This document shows, in pieces, positions 63,164 through 64,000 of a stretch of 64,000 nt of DNA; position 1 is the stretch's first letter; each line of letters begins with the position of its first letter. The DNA comes from an uncultured Candidatus Saccharibacteria bacterium (lineage in GTDB: Bacteria; Patescibacteriota; Minisyncoccia; SW-4-49-11), in contig CAZWIJ010000007.1 in assembly GCA_964633865.1 (NCBI GenBank), positions 20,711 to 84,710 of the forward strand. The letters run 5' to 3'. The notes below the pieces were generated by a model, which was given only the letters and a program-made list of their open reading frames with translations, made no database searches and had not been told where the DNA came from. The translations under genes and the position numbers were made by a program.

Positions 63164-63667
63164 TTAAGATAATTTATTTAGACAGAGATTAATTTCATTA
63201 ACACATGTAAAAGATAATCTTATTCTTTCTTCAAGATAATGGTTTAATTTATTAAGTATTTTTAACGAAAACTCTGTTTCAGAATAGTGAGCAATTAATT
63301 TTTCCCAATTATTCACTGTATCAAAAGAGATTTCATATCCTATGAAGTCTTCGTTATAAGATATACCTCCAATTTTTTGATTTTTTAGTTGTGTAAATTT
63401 ATACAAAAGATAATTGATATTACTTTTTGTATAAATATTTTCTTCTATACAGAAAATAAATAGTTCCTGAGACATGTTAATCATTTGAGTAATATGTTCT
63501 TCAAGTACTTTGATTTGATCAAAAATACTCGTGTAATGAACATCTAGCTCCTCACATAGTATTAGAAAGTCTTTACAATCTTCTCTAAAAATTTTTACCT
63601 TTTCCACAAAAGTTGATTCTAAACTTTCTAAATTATTCAAATTCAATAATTTTAACTCTTCAATCAT
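63164..63667 (-). CDS. Helical orphan, paralog of 62512..63003
   Basis: Same motifs; TTGACA-N17-TATAAT at 63695-63723. Confidence 0.7.
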   Translation of the reverse strand: MIEELKLLNLNNLESLESTFVEKVKIFREDCKDFLILCEELDVHYTSIFDQIKVLEEHITQMINMSQELFIFCIEENIYTKSNINYLLYKFTQLKNQKIGGISYNEDFIGYEISFDTVNNWEKLIAHYSETEFSLKILNKLNHYLEERIRLSFTCVNEINLCLNKLS

Positions 63668-63812
63668 TTTTTCTATAAACTAAGGTACATTATTGATTAT
63701 AGAACATCTATATCAAATGTCAATATGAAAACATAAAGAAAGCCTCTATAAATTTATAGAGACTTGTATTTTAAAATTGTATTTAAAAAAATTTTGAATT
63801 AAGAGATAAATT

Positions 63813-64000
63813 TTAAGTGCTATTTTGAAATATATCATTGAGATAAGTATCTATTATTTCATTTAACTTAATTTTTAAATCTTTCTCATTATTGAAACTC
63901 ATTCTATAAATGGAATCTGATATATTTAGTAATAATCTATGTTTTCTGAGGTGAGTTCCTGGTAGCTGAACATAGACATAACCAAAAAAGTAACCATTTA
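63813..64000 (-). CDS. 3' end of a hypothetical ORF running off the window
   Basis: Open frame NGYFFGYVYVQLPG...DIFQNST-TAA, followed by a terminator at 63740-63765. Confidence 0.55.
   Translation of the reverse strand, partial: NGYFFGYVYVQLPGTHLRKHRLLLNISDSIYRMSFNNEKDLKIKLNEIIDTYLNDIFQNST

Overview
Very AT-rich bacterial chromosome segment using genetic code 11, most consistent with a Patescibacteria (CPR) genome (short IF-2, DUF4446, several O-antigen-ligase-like proteins, many acidic orphans). It spans the probable replication origin at ~19.06-19.30 kb (DnaA boxes plus DnaA-trios upstream of dnaN, with no adjacent dnaA), flanked by two identical parS-like sites and several satellite DnaA-box clusters. 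Core genes include gyrB, dnaN, polA, mutS, mutL, infB, rbfA, rpmA, comM/yifB, yraN, nrdD/nrdG, tRNA-Leu(UAA) and tRNA-Ser(GCU). The most notable patterns are: (1) many dispersed orphan genes built as stand-alone units with a near-consensus TTGACA promoter whose -35 is half of a TGT(C/A)A-N8-T(G/T)ACA palindrome, a boxA-like leader motif and their own terminator, suggesting an undescribed regulon; (2) a structured mini-element that duplicates the 3' end of tRNA-Ser; (3) two promoter/terminator-bounded candidate sRNAs, one facing a small-peptide transcript with a 14-nt complementary patch; (4) a GNAT-ASCH-ASCH module; (5) several accessory genes, including a Shedu nuclease, broken by in-frame stops; (6) an FHA-HopA1 fusion. 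No CRISPR array, transposase, integrase or reverse transcriptase was seen. Family assignments come from motif recognition, not from database searches.
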